This document shows, in pieces, positions 36,441 to 50,132 of a stretch of 64,000 bases of DNA (within the stretch, counting starts at the first letter, position 1; every line of letters starts with the position of its first letter). The translations under genes were made by a program, and so were the position numbers. The DNA lies in assembly GCA_051294375.1 (NCBI GenBank), contig CM119269.1, positions 10,395,471-10,459,470 of the forward strand. Direction: 5' to 3'. This DNA comes from Paraspadella gotoi (taxonomy: Eukaryota > Animalia > Chaetognatha). Below the pieces are notes generated by a model. The model was not told the origin of the DNA, did no database searches, and saw nothing but the letters and a program-made list of their open reading frames with translations.

Positions 36441-37546
36441 TCTTTTTTTTCTTATCCCTCTCTGGTTCTTCATTTCTCTTTCTTTTGCTATTGCGTTATC
36501 AGAGCGCGGTTGTTGTCAACGTTTTTTATTGTTTAAAAGTAAATATTAACATTATATTTCACAAAGAAAAACATTACTTCCGTCGCCTTTGGTGGAATCA
36601 GAGTTTTATCTTAGGCCAGAAAGAAAAGCTTCACTTGTTTCTCTTCAGCGAGAGGGAAAAAAATTGAGTGTATTTGAAATTGAAGATGGCGCCTCTGGGG
36701 AAGCGAATCACCGTCTGCCTCGTTACGGCGCCATTTCTGAGAAAAGCGACATTCACGAGTAAAAGTGAGATTCACGAGTAAATTTCGATCGCGCATTTTT
36801 CTTTTTTTATTCCTTCTGTCGGGTTCACGACTTNNNNNNNNNNNNNNNNNNNNNNNNNNNNNNNNNNNNNNNNNNNNNNNNNNNNNNNNNNNNNNNNNNN
36901 NNNNNNNNNNNNNNNNNNNNNNNNNNNNNNNNNNNNNNNNNNNNNNNNNNNNNNNNNNNNNNNNNNNNNNNNNAGAGAGAGAGAGAGAGAGGATAAAAAG
37001 AGAACGGGAGCGCTGGCACAAAAGTCAAAAATCTTTACATCTCCCGCTAGAAAATCTCGTAGAACTCAATCGATAATTCAAGCTTTTTTTGTAGTCATAT
37101 GTGAAATATTTAGTTCTATATTAGAAGCTGTCTCGGTGAATAAAAAAAAGTAACTACAAAAAATATCAGTTAATACCAAAATATATTATTTAAATAGATA
37201 TAATTTAAATTTCTTGATGTTTATATAAAAGCTTTTATTAACAGGCAGTACCATTGGGACACACTTTATATTTACTTTGTCAAGTAATCTTATTGTTTCT
37301 TTGACTTAGTTAGCTTTCGGGATCAGGCTCAAATTTTTCAAACAAAATGTTATTAAAAAAGGCTCTTGTCTTATTCAACTAATATTCTTTTTAAAAAATT
37401 TAAAAATGACAAGTAAGAGGGAGAGAGAAAGAAAGAGAGAGGGAGATAGGGGTTCGCTGTAAAACAAAGTTCTATTTGGATTCCATGCACAAAAAAGTGG
37501 AGCTGCCGCCACTCGTCAATGAAAACAAACCGAGGGTAAATCATTT

Positions 37547-37639
<93 letters not shown>

Positions 37640-39061
37640 TTTCCCTTTGTTTTTCGTCCTTTCCGCCCACCACTCTCCGCGCGTCAGGCTCGGGCGCGTT
37701 CCAAAAAGCCGTACAAGCAATTTCAGTTGCTGAATGTATGGATGATGAACCACCCAGGCGAGACCAAGCTAAGAGGATGAGGAGGAGCAGGATAAAGAGG
37801 AGGAAGAAGAAAGGAGGAAGAGGAGGAGCCAGAGCGGAGTAGGAGGTTTGAAAAGCTACCCTTTTATGGCGGTTGTATCGGGACGTTTTTTTTTTTCAGT
37901 TGGATTGCGTGCGGCGCCGAAGCCGGTTGCTACAATCGATGGCATCGAATTGGACGCGGCCATCGAGAGCGGGATGGAATTCGCAGAATCCCTACCATCG
38001 CTCAGCGACGTAAAATTCTATTTCCAAAAAAATTAATCAAGTCGAACATTAAATGTAGAAATTGAAATTGAAATTTTTAACACCGAAAAAATCGACTCAG
38101 TATTTGTTTAATAGAAAGAGAGATAAAGAAAGAGTGAGAGAGAGAGAGAGAAAAAGATCGAGAGAGACATAAATAAATCTACTGAAAGTAATAATCGACT
38201 CCTTCGTTTATTATTAAAATTCCAGACAACAACGAAAAGCACCTTAACGAACAAGTAAGGTAATTTCTCAGACCCTTTCTCTGTCTCTCTGTCTCTCTCT
38301 CTCTCTCTCTGTCTATATCTCTCTCTCTTTCTCCGTTTGTCTCTTTCCTCTTGACTTTGTATTTTGATTTGAGTGGCCCTATCGATCTCACGCCACTCTT
38401 TTATCATCTCTACTTACTTTTCACAATTATACTCTCATCGCTTTTTATCATTATTATCAATTTTCTATCATCGCTTTTAACTCTATCGTCGTTCTTCTAT
38501 CATCGCTCTTCGCTATCTGAGTTGATTCCATCTCAACAAATTGCGAACTAAATCCCAATTATGTGACGACTAAGTGTGAGTGACGCCAGACGCAAAAAAC
38601 AAAAGCAAAGAAGAAGCAAATGGCACAGAAAAAAAGCACAAAAAAGCTAAAAGCGTCGAGAAGAAAAGCAAAAAGAAAAACCAGTGATTTCACTGGCGAA
38701 AGTGAACTAACAAAAAAGTAGTAGAATAAACGAAACAAATTAAACAAAATTAATAATAAAAAAATAGAGAGAAAAATCGAAAATGTCGAAGTCGAAAAAA
38801 CTCATTTTTTTCTCATCTGCATCATCGGCTGCTTTTTCTTCTTCTCCATCAATTTGCGTCTCCTTTGGCTTCAAGACTAAAAAACACTCTGCCGATTCCG
38901 AGCGCCATTTTTCATCATTTGCTGTCGTCGTCCTCGTCGTCGTCGTCGTCGTCGTCGTTCCGCTGCCGACAACGGCTCAAACACAGCCCGAAGGGTAGAG
39001 GCTAGTTTGAATCAATCGCAGTAAATTCTCTCTCTCTTCTCTCTCGTCTCTCTCTCTCGTT

Positions 39062-39107
<46 letters not shown>

Positions 39108-40734
39108 TTCTCTCTCTCTCACTTTCTCCCTCCCTCACTTTCTCCCTATCTCACTTCTCTCCCACCATATCTCGCCCATTTTTCGTAATAGTATTTCAGG
39201 GGATTGTTGAAATCACCAACTGCCATCACAATTCACCAATCTCACTTTCCTTCTTCATCTTTTCGCAAAAATGGAGATCCGGCCGCATTGTGCGATGAGC
39301 GACGGTGATGATGACCTTGTGGCCTTTTTATTCAAACATTTTGAAATATTTTAAAAAATAGTTTTAACAGTTTGAACGGCTTACATCGATGATTTTAAAT
39401 GAGGAACGCTCACATCACGCGCAGTGACAAAAGAAATAACGCCCGCCCTATGAAAAACTCAACCAACGCACACGATCTCCGGTTGTATTTTATTTCTTTA
39501 CCGCCGAGCGGCATGTTATCCTTCGACAATTGGCGAGATCCGCCGAGGAATGATAAAAAGGATTAGGAAGCTTCAGATTTCTATCTCCATTGGATTCACA
39601 TGGAAGCATTTGTGGGGAGACGCGGGGGGGAGGTTGGAGGGGAAAGTGACGGGAAGGGGGGAGAGGAAGGTAGCAGGAGAGCGAGGGAGGACGGAGGACC
39701 AAGCTCGGAGAGCATAATGCGAGTGGAGGTTAGGANNNNNNNNNNNNNNNNNNNNNNNNNNNNNNNNNNNNNNNNNNNNNNNNNNNNNNNNNNNNNNNNN
39801 NNNNNNNNNNNNNNNNNNNNNNNNNNNNNNNNNNNNNNNNNNNNNNNNNNNNNNNNNNNNNNNNNNNNNNNNNNNNNNNNNNNNNNNNNNNNNNNNNNNN
39901 NNNNNNNNNNNNNNNNNNNNNNNNNNNNNNNNNNNNNNNNNNNNNNNNNNNNNNNNNNNNNNNNNNNNNNNNNNNNNNNNNNNNNNNNNNNNNNNNNNNN
40001 NNNNNNNNNNNNNNNNNNNNNNNNNNNNNNNNNNNNNNNNNNNNNNNNNNCCCCGTGGAACTTTTTTTTTCAATATCTCCCATGGGCGATGCGGCGCTGG
40101 CGCTTTGCTAGCGCGGAATTGGAGCAACTTTGGCGCCGTAAAGGCCTCAATGCCACTCCAGCGCTCAATATGGGTCGGTATTGCCAATGCCGTCTCTGCG
40201 GCGCCAAATACGGTGCTGGCGCCGTGAAGAGGCGACATCGACTATTTTCAGAGCAAATACGAAAATTAGGTTCGCGAGAAAAAAAAAGGTGGTTTTCTTT
40301 TTTGGTGGTTAGTGGTGAAGAGATTGGGTGGGCGTTGGACGAGAGGGGGCGGGGGAGTGAGAGAAGGGGAGAGAGTGAGGGAAAACTGAAAATGAATTCG
40401 TGCCATTTAAACCTTGGGCTTCGGACGCGCGCCCGTTTCCCTAATGATGCAAGAATGAAAAAAAAAATGAAAGGAAAAAAAATTGAAAGATAAAAAAGAG
40501 CGGAAGGTAATAATTTTTTCTCTCCTTTTTTTCTGTTTGTAAATAAAACAAAATATTTTGAGATCGTGATTTGAATGAGACTAGACGAATTATCTTCTTT
40601 TGGGAAAAGGAAAATGAGGGGAAAAAATAAAACGATTTATATTTTTTTTATGTTTTGAAAAAAAAAAGGAAACTCGGCGAAAAATCGTTTACGACTGCGA
40701 AGCCGGGGAGAAAAGAGAAAGATAGACAGGAGGG

Positions 40735-40798
<64 letters not shown>

Positions 40799-41404
40799 GA
40801 GAGAGAGACAGACAGAGAGAAAAAGAGAGAGAGAAATCACCGTCTTCATTCATTTATCATTTCAAGAAATGGGGAAAAAAGAGGTAAAGGCGGAGAAGGA
40901 GAAAAAAGGATGCAACCATCATCATTAGTCCACATAAATAGCGACGCCGTCAAATGGATTTTCACGCCTGATTTCCACCTGATTTATTTTCGTTTTCTCG
41001 ACTGATTCACGCCTGATTTCTCGATTCCTTCGAGATTCTCCGCACTTTCGGACGTTACATTATTATTTTTTTTTGGATTGATTTACACGAAGTCTTCTTG
41101 CTTTATGTGTTTGATTCTGCTTGATTTCACTTGATTATTCTTGATTCTTGTGCCGAATTTACGAGCAAAACGGGAGGGCTTGTTTTCGCCTTCTTCGTTA
41201 ATTATCATATTCATAGAAAAGATAGAGAGAAAGGAGAGGAAAGGGAAAGTAAGNNNNNNNNNNNNNNNNNNNNNNNNNNNNNNNNNNNNNNNNNNNNNNN
41301 NNNNNNNNNNNNNNNNNNNNNNNNNNNNNNNNNNNNNNNNNNNNNNNNNNNNNNNNNNNNNNNNNNNNNNNNNNNNNNNNNNNNNNNNNNNNNNNNNNNN
41401 NNNN

Positions 41405-41439
<35 letters not shown>

Positions 41440-43062
41440 TTTTGAATGATTCATCCCCATTTAACAGTAGAGCAAACATAAACTACAATAAACAAACGAA
41501 GGACCTCGTTAATATCTTCCTGGAGGAAAATAAAATTGTCAGTTTTATGCTCGATGTTTATTTTATCGGTTTCGAATTTTAGATGAAGATGTTTAAACTT
41601 AATTTTAAAACGATTAAAAAAAAAACGTCGAGATTTTCGTCGGTCTGCAGTCTTCTCTAATCTACTCGCCACGCCACCTTGAAAAAAAAAGCAAAAAAAA
41701 CCTTTCACAACCTGTCAATTTTTTTCTCTTTTGCTCTTTCATTATTTCATTATCATCATTTTTTCCCCCTCTTTTCGCTATCGATCCTACCAAGACCGCG
41801 CCCACTTCCCCTACGCCCCCCTCCCGTCATTTCCCAACCCGCACCTTTTCGTCCGGGTTTTTATCTCTTTTTTTTTCTTTCGTTGCCCCATAGACTCGTC
41901 TCTTCCTAATGTTCATCCCTATTCTTTCATTCTTCTTTCACTCTCTCGAGTATTTAGTCTCCTCTTCCCTAGTTACACCCCCCCCTCTCCCTCTCCTTTA
42001 TCTTTTCACCATAAACTCTTTTTCGCTTCTCTTCTCTTCTCATTTTTCAATCTTCGCCGGTGAAAAAAAACCATTTTCCCGCTTTTTCTTCTTCATACCT
42101 TTATAGATACTACATCCCTCTATGATTTATCTCACCCTTTATCCTCCCACCACAATCCCTTCCACTTTTTTTTTTTTTTTAAATTTCCTTTCCCCCCAAT
42201 TTTCTAATTTTTTTTTTTTGCACCCATCGAGTTGAATTTCAGTCCCGAATTCGAGCTCATGAACCTAACGAGTTTGGCCCTCAACAAAAATCCACCAATC
42301 GGCATCGATGGGATTTTATTATCGACCAATCAGCGATCATCGACTTTTGTCCGCAATTTTTTGGTTTTTAGTTTTTAATGTTTATGTTTTTATTCTACTT
42401 ACTCGTTTAGACTTTTAGTGATGAGTCCACGTTTATGGATTTAATCAAAGGTTTTTTTTTTCGACGAAAACAAAACTAACAATTATAAACTAATTAAAAA
42501 GGTTTCTCATTATTGTTACTCAATTTTTTTGCGATGAACCGACTCTCCGCAATTTCTTCAATCGAAAAAAGTTTAAATGAAATAAAACTTACAATAAAGT
42601 CGATCGAAAACAACAACAACGACGACGACAAAGAGCCGTTTTGAAAAGAAGAAAGACAGAATGAAGACCGAGAGAGACTGTCCCGATACCTGTCATTCTC
42701 GATTTAGAAAGGATGAATTTAGTTTATATCATCGTTTGAGGAGAAATTTTTATTTTTTGATTATCCATCTCTATCCCTTACCATCGTCTGTTACATAATT
42801 TACAGAAAACTAAGTATATTTAAGTATTATACTAATATTCTGATAATAAGATTTAATTAAAAAACTGATTAGATAATTTTTTTTCTCCACAGTAATAATT
42901 AATTATATTTAAATCAATGAAACCTCTGATCTTTTGTTTGGTTCAGGTTTTTACCGTCAGACCACGTGACCAACTCGTCCACCTGACTTTATTTTTCATC
43001 GACGTTCAAAACGCAAAATAAAAATGTCGCTTCCGTCTCGTGGCGTCAACGCCGACGGCATT

Positions 43063-43092
43063 GTTGACGTCAGTGGCGCCACCGACGTCAAC
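43063..43092. promoter_or_regulatory. 30-bp near-perfect palindrome containing a full CRE/ATF site (TGACGTCA) upstream of mex3
   Basis: GTTGACGTCAGTGGCGCCACCGACGTCAAC has one mismatched pair. An E-box CACGTGAC lies at about 42963. About 300 bp upstream of the ATG, across a small N gap. Confidence 0.4.
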
Positions 43093-43397
43093 GAAAACGA
43101 CGCCTGAGAGACGGGAAAGACGTACGAGCGCCGGGTTTTGACGAGTGACGGCGCCGAANNNNNNNNNNGAGAAACAAATGATCAAGAAAATAATTTAACG
43201 AACAACCGTCGATTAAAAGTTAACAAACCAATAAACAATCGAAAAACAATTAAAACAAAGACGCAAAAAGGAAAAATATAATTCTCGACCCGAAAATAAT
43301 CTCGCTTCTTTTTCTTTTTCTCCGTTTCCTTTCCTCCAGTTCTTTCCTCTCTTCCTTCCTCCCCCAATCCTCTCGTCACCCCCCCAACCTTCTCATC

Positions 43398-44019
43398 ATG
43401 CCCACCCTCTTCCAACCGCCTCCCGCTTCCTCCCCGAGCGACTCTCGCCTCCCGCGATCTCCGTCGACTTCCGGTTCCGCCTCCAACGGATTCGACGCCG
43501 ACGACGCCGCTTCTCCCACCGGCGCCGCCGAGATGCCATCCGTCGGCGTCTCGGCGTCGAAAGGATCCGACGTGCTCTCTCCCGCCTCTTCTTCGGGCTG
43601 CTTCGAACTCAACGGCGGCGGCGGCGGCGGCGGCGCCAACGTTCCAACGCCACGCTCTCCTCCGACGGCGGACGACTCGCTGGGCTTCGCGGCGCAGCCG
43701 AGCGACGGCGCCTCCATGGGGCCGGCGACGTCTTCCTCGACGGGGCTGGAGGACCAGAGGGCGCTACAGATCGCGCTGGAACTCTCGATGCTGGGGCTGA
43801 GCAACGGCCCGCCCGGCTGCGGTGGCGGTGGACTTCACGACCCGAGCGGCTGGCCCGACCCCAACGGGCTCATGATGGACGCGGAGTCGTCGCCCGTTGG
43901 GTCACTCGGCTCCTTCGGCGGGTCGCTCGACGACGACGAACCGAAGCGAGGGCAGAACATGACCGAGTGCGTTCCTGTCCCGAGTTCGGAACACGTCGCC
44001 GAAATAGTGGGAAGGCAAG
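43398..44019 (+). CDS. mex3: First coding exon of MEX-3 family RNA-binding protein (KH-domain, usually RING E3 ligase); gene incomplete in window
   Basis: GC-rich ORF containing [16 protein letters not shown] (conserved MEX3 N-terminal NES-like helix) and [22 protein letters not shown], the highly conserved start of MEX3 KH1. Similarity stops at donor CAAG|GTGAGG (phase 1), the intron position I recall in vertebrate MEX3 genes. The expected continuation (CKIKALRAKT...) was not found downstream. Confidence 0.93.
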
Positions 44020-44929
44020 GTGAGGAGATGAGGAGCGGACGAGGATTGGCGGGAGGGGTTGTTTTACTGTAGACATGTTAATTTTTTGTACTACTCTTAC
44101 AATTAGAATAATTTAGCCGTTCGCCAAGTCTTTCTCTGTTAGCACAAATTAAAATTTTATATAACAAAAATATATTCAATATTATCACTTTGTCATTGAT
44201 TATCTTAAAAATATCATATTCGCGATGCTTAAAAATATCCAATAATAATGATCTCAGTGAATGAGATTGGATGATTGGCCCGTGATAGTTGTAATGATGT
44301 ACAAAGAGAAAGTTGTTGGTTGCTTTTTTTTCTCTATTACGTATATTTTAAACTAAGTACCACGTTTTTTTTAAAAATAATTTATCAGGTTTGCCAATTA
44401 ATTTTGAACTGTGGTTTCAATGAGCCTCAACTTTTAGTCCAGGTCCGGAAACTCAGAAGTTTCCTTTTTCCTGCCGGTTTGAGCGTTTGTTCGTAGTAGA
44501 TACACAATTAAACATTTACGGGCACTTGTAGTTCCTGTTAAAATTCACCGAAGGCCTGGTCGTGTCCGGGTCGAAGGGCCTCCGCGACCCTGACGCCCGA
44601 AGCCTGACCGTAATGACGATCTCTAAAGCGGCCCGCTCGAATATTGATAAAATGATCAAACTGACAAAACGACGACGACGACGACGATGTAGACGAAAAA
44701 AGTCGATGGCGGTGTAATTTGATGATATGCCCTGACGATGGTGATGATGATACCTTTGACTTTATCGCTCATGAATAAAAACCCTTCTTGTCTCGAATGT
44801 AATATCGTAAAAAAAAAAAAAAAGGGAGGGAGAAAAAAAAAACCGTCGGAGACGAAGACTGCATCACATTTGATTAAAAATAAGGGGAGGAAGGAGAAAG
44901 TAGGGGGAGAGGGGGAGAGAGAGGGAGGA

Positions 44930-44962
<33 letters not shown>

Positions 44963-45802
44963 AGAGGAGAGGAGAGAGGAGAGAGAGAGAGAGAGAGAAC
45001 ACGGAAAGGGAAAAGAGAGAGAATCTGGAGAGAAAAAAAGAGAGGAGAGAAGAAGAAAAAGAGAGAGAGTTGGGAATGCAGATGTGTTTAGAGGGAAAGA
45101 GGAAGCGAAAAAGAAAGAGAGAAGAAGAGAGAGGCAGAGAGAGCGGAATGCAGTCGGCTGCCTGACGTAGATATGTCTATTTTCGAATTGATCTTTTCAT
45201 CAAGCGTTACGACTTTCATTCCAGCTTGCATTTAATTGTTTATCAGAGTAGTCTCTAATTTAACATTTTTCTCGGCATACTTCCTTGTTTTTTTATTTGT
45301 TTTTTATCACACTAAAATGTAGCACCGGTACGGTTAATATATGCCGACTTTAAATAAAAAAACATTGTGAACACGATGAGACAAAACAATCAATAATGCT
45401 TTTTATCATTATTCCGACTAATTGTTAATTTGGACATATAAAATATTGGTAATTTTCTAAACAACGCTTCGACATGTCTGTTTTTTTCCCCGCCGCATCG
45501 AGGGTTAAGGGTTATCCACGGGAATTAGCAATCGTCGATCCCATGTGTTGCTAGGAGACGATAAACGCGGCGACGCCTCCGCGTTATCGCTCTCTCACGC
45601 ATCGACGTCGCATCTGAAAGGGAAACAATAAAAAGAAGGAGAGGGTAGAGGAGAGCAATAGGGATATAAAGAAAGAAATAAAAAAAGAGAAGGAGAAAAA
45701 ACGACGGAGAGAAACTATGAGAAAATTGAGGAAGAAAAGTCTTGGAAAGAAAAAAAGAAAAAAAGAAGGAAAGAAGGAAAGAAGGATAGAAGGAAAGAAC
45801 AA

Positions 45803-45804
<2 letters not shown>

Positions 45805-45886
<82 letters not shown>

Positions 45887-45888
45887 AA
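45805..45888. repeat. (GAAA)n microsatellite; others at about 22150-22194, 52441-52479 and 55702-55788
   Basis: Direct observation. Confidence 0.95.
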
Positions 45889-48800
45889 AATGTGCGAAAA
45901 AATATAAGAAAAAACAAATGAAAAAATGAATGAGAAAAAAAATAAAGATATTGTACAAATAATAAAAAAATAAAAAATATGTAATACATACATACAAAAA
46001 GGAAGCAAGCATCCAAGCAAGCAGGCGCGAGACACTGAAAAAACTCTTCTCCATAATGATGCGCTAAAAAACACCGCAACTCGACAGGAAGAAATTATCC
46101 GACGGAACTCTGTTTTTCTTTTACGGCCTCTTTGTCTCTCTCTCTCTCTCTCTCTCNNNNNNNNNNNNNNNNNNNNNNNNNNNNNNNNNNNNNNNNNNNN
46201 NNNNNNNNNNNNNNNNNNNNNNNNNNNNNNNNNNNNNNNNNNNNNNNNNNNNNNNNNNNNNNNNNNNNNNNNNNNNNNNNNNNNNNNNNNNNNNNNNNNN
46301 NNNNNNNNNNNNNNNNNNNNNNNNNNNNNNNNNNNNNNNNNNNNNNNNNNNNNNNNNNNNNNNNNNNNNNNNNNNNNNNNNNNNNNNNNNNNNNNNNNNC
46401 CCCGCCTCACAAAGGCCGTCAACCCACGAGCTCCCCCTCTCCACGGGCGAACTCGATTACCTGAGACGCTCTCGTCTTTCGTCTTTCATATCGCGCCATT
46501 CTTTTCACGCTTACGGATCCGAGTCGTTAAGGTGACAGGGGGCCGCGCGGATAATCTCGAATTAACAAAACGACAACGACGACGTCTTAAGGTGTACAAA
46601 TGGTTAAAAATTATTTCCGACTTATCAAATATAAATATATGTATATATATATATATAAACCACAAAACCACAACGGGCGATAAGGGGACAGTTTTCACAG
46701 CACTCTACTACTCTTCCCTACAACTGCTTACATTTTCTTACCACTACGGTGAATCCCCGCCACTTGTCAATTGTTATCAACTCTTGTCAGTGATTATAAG
46801 CCATAATAATAATAATAAAAAACCCAAGCAGAACACCCAGACCAAAAGCTCAATTTAAAAGTAATTCACGATAGATCACGGGTCATTCAACATACGTTTT
46901 CTTCCAAATCTGACGAGAAAACTTTCACAATCACGTCGATGGGTCAAAGGTTCACATCTGAGCGATATTTAGTGTTTTTTATTCTTCATGTGTGCGTGTT
47001 AATAGAAGATCATCATGGAAGGGGCTCACAAACGGTTCATATAAGGGTATTTTTTATCTCTCTTCTCTGTCTCGTCGTCTTTCTCTACTTCTCTCCTCTC
47101 TCTCTTCTCTCTCTACTCGCTCTCATCTCGTGCTCATCTCAGTTCGTCTCTTCTCGTTCGTCTCGCTGCCCGGTCGATTCATCATTTCTTCTTCACGGAG
47201 GAGAGTGTTGTTTGTAGCATCCGTATATTCCGGGTCACTCCATCAGAGCCTTAATAGATGGCGTTCTAAACTGGCCCGGGCTGTATCCGTTTTTTGTCGT
47301 ACCGTCTGGGGAAGAGGACAAAAGAACCAGGAAGATTCAAGTCTGGAAGCACGAGAAGAGAGAGAGGAGAAGAGAGAGAGAGAGAGAGAGAGCAGAGAGC
47401 AAGAGAGAGGGGACAAGCTGCGAAAGGATTATTGGACGATAAGAAAAGGAAACCAGGGGGGAATACCTTGAAACAAGTATGAGAGAGTACCACTACAAAA
47501 GGCAAGGGGGTCGTAGTTCCAAGCTCAAAAAGAAAAAAAAATGAGAACAAAGACGAAGAGACAGAAAGATGTAGAGAGCGATATAAACAAATAGGGAAAA
47601 AATGAGAGAGGAAAAAAGAGAAAGAAGGAGGGTTGACCCTTACATAGGCGGGAGGAAGGGATAAAACTTCCTCCCTTCTCTATTGTCAATTTGTCGAAAG
47701 TCTTGAATGGGCTTGCGACGGCTGAGCTCATGCGCCGTGAGCTTATAAGCTGGTCGCCTAGTTGTCGCCGTAGTGTTCGACTGGAGCGTGGGTCGGCTCG
47801 TTATGAACTACGTTTACGCAAGATGATTTGCCCATCGTTTGATGACCGATGTTCAGCCCATTGCGTTATAGTCTAATAGCCCTTAATCTTAGCTGTCGAT
47901 GCAACTCTTGCCTTTCTTCGATTTGGGATTATACAGAATTATTAGCAATTTTTTTCAGGTTGTTTTTTTTTTTTTTCAAAACGAATTGAAGGGAATGTTA
48001 GACAAAAAAAAAAAAAGACTGCCTTTAGCGGCATTGGCGTTAAAGAAAAAAAGAAAATCGAATAAAGCTCGCTAAAGGAATAATTCAGCCTGAGAACGAA
48101 AGTGGGAGGCGTCTATACTGCAAAATATTTAATTCTTCGCGTCCTTGTGATAAAAAGGATTCTTTCAAGGAGAGGTCTTCGTTCCTTTGCTGCATTTCTC
48201 CCGGCGGCGCAAACTTTTTTTCCAATTAAGTTCAACGTCCCCTCTTGTTTTTCTTTTTTATCTAATTTCTTTTTTCTCCGTTTTCGGGGATACCATGTGA
48301 TGTTGTTTTGTTTTCATTTTTTCAAAATTGAGAGGGTTTGGATAACCCAAAGTTTCTCTACTGTCCCTGGCATTTCTGTTTTTTTTTTTGTGTATTCTCT
48401 CCATTCTGTTTCGGTGTCCGTTTGCTTTCTCGGCGTCTCATCGTCGAGTCGTCTTCGCGTCGCGTCTCTCGATTCGCTTCGGTCACGGCTGCTCGANNNN
48501 NNNNNNNNNNNNNNNNNNNNNAAATTAAAAAAAAAAAAGACTTTTAACGCTTGGCTTAAAAAAAATAATAATAAAGTCGCTAAGATAATCAACCTGAAAC
48601 GAAGTGACGTCAACGCAAATTTTAATTTTCGCTCTTGATAAAAAATTCAAAGAGTCTTCTTCCTGCTTTTCTCGCGCCAACTTTTTCCATTAATTCAATC
48701 CCCTCTTTTTTTTTCTAATTTCTTTTTTCCTTTTCGGCCATTTTGTTTTCATTTTTTCAAAATTAGATTTGAAACAAATTTCTTCCTNNNNNNNNNNNNN

Positions 48801-50074
48801 NNNNNNNNNNNNNNNNNNNNNNNNNNNNNNNNNNNNNNNNNNNNNNNNNNNNNNNNNNNNNNNNNNNNNNNNNNNNNNNNNNNNNNNNNNNNNNNNNNNN
48901 NNNNNNNNNNNNNNNNNNNNNNNNNNNNNNNNNNNNNNNNNNNNNNNNNNNNNNNNNNNNNNNNNNNNNNNNNNNNNNNNNNNNNNNNNNNNNNNNNNNN
49001 NNNNNNNNNNNNNNNNNNNNNNNNNNNNNNNNNNNNNNNNNNNNNNNNNNNNNNNNNNNNNNNNNNNNNNNNNNNNNNNNNNNNNNNNNNNNNNNNNNNN
49101 NNNNNNNNNNNNNNNNNNNNNNNNNNNNNNNNAAAATTATTTTTTAAAATTTTTTTATAGATTCTTCTTTCACTCATCATCATCTTCATCGTTTTCATCA
49201 TCTTCCTCTCTCTTCNNNNNNNNNNNNNNNNNNNNNNNNNNNNNNNNNNNNNNNNNNNNNNNNNNNNNNNNNNNNNNNNNNNNNNNNNNNNNNNNNNNNN
49301 NNNNNNNNNNNNNNNNNNNNNNNNNNNNNNNNNNNNNNNNNNNNNNNNNNNNNNNNNNNNNNNNNNNNNNNNNNNNNNNNNNNNNNNNNNNNNNNNNNNN
49401 NNNNNNNNNNNNNNNNNNNNNNNNNNNNNNNNNNNNNNNNNNNNNNNNNNNNNNNNNNNNNNNNNNNNNNNNNNNNNNNNNNNNNNNNNNNNNNNNNNNN
49501 NNNNNNNNNNNNNNNNNNNNNNNNNNNNNNNNNNNNNNNNNNNNNNNNNNNNNNNNNNNNNNNNNNNNNNNNNNNNNNNNNNNNNNNNNNNNNNNNNNNN
49601 NNNNNNNNNNNNNNNNNNNNNNNNNNNNNNNNNNNNNNNNNNNNNNNNNNNNNNNNNNNNNNNNNNNNNNNNNNNNNNNNNNNNNNNNNNNNNNNNNNNN
49701 NNNNNNNNNNNNNNNNNNNNNNNNNNNNNNNNNNNNNNNNNNNNNNNNNNNNNNNNNNNNNNNNNNNNNNNNNNNNNNNNNNNNNNNNNNNNNNNNNNNN
49801 NNNNNNNNNNNNNNNNNNNNNNNNNNNNNNNNNNNNNNNNNNNNNNNNNNNNNNNNNNNNNNNNNNNNNNNNNNNNNNNNNNNNNNNNNNNNNNNNNNNN
49901 NNNNNNNNNNNNNNNNNNNNNNNNNNNNNNNNNNNNNNNNNNNNNNNNNNNNNNNNNNNNNNNNNNNNNNNNNNNNNNNNNNNNNNNNNNNNNNNNNNNN
50001 NNNNNNNNNNNNNNNNNNNNNNNNNNAAAAAAACTACGACAATGAGAGGCCCTCGTCATCTCCAGAATTGACCC

Positions 50075-50132
<58 letters not shown>

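Noticed and set aside
48130-48770. Apparent diverged duplication (48130-48330 vs 48620-48765)
   Set aside because: Copies differ mainly by scattered 1-2 nt insertions and flank N gaps, typical of noisy long-read gap filling.
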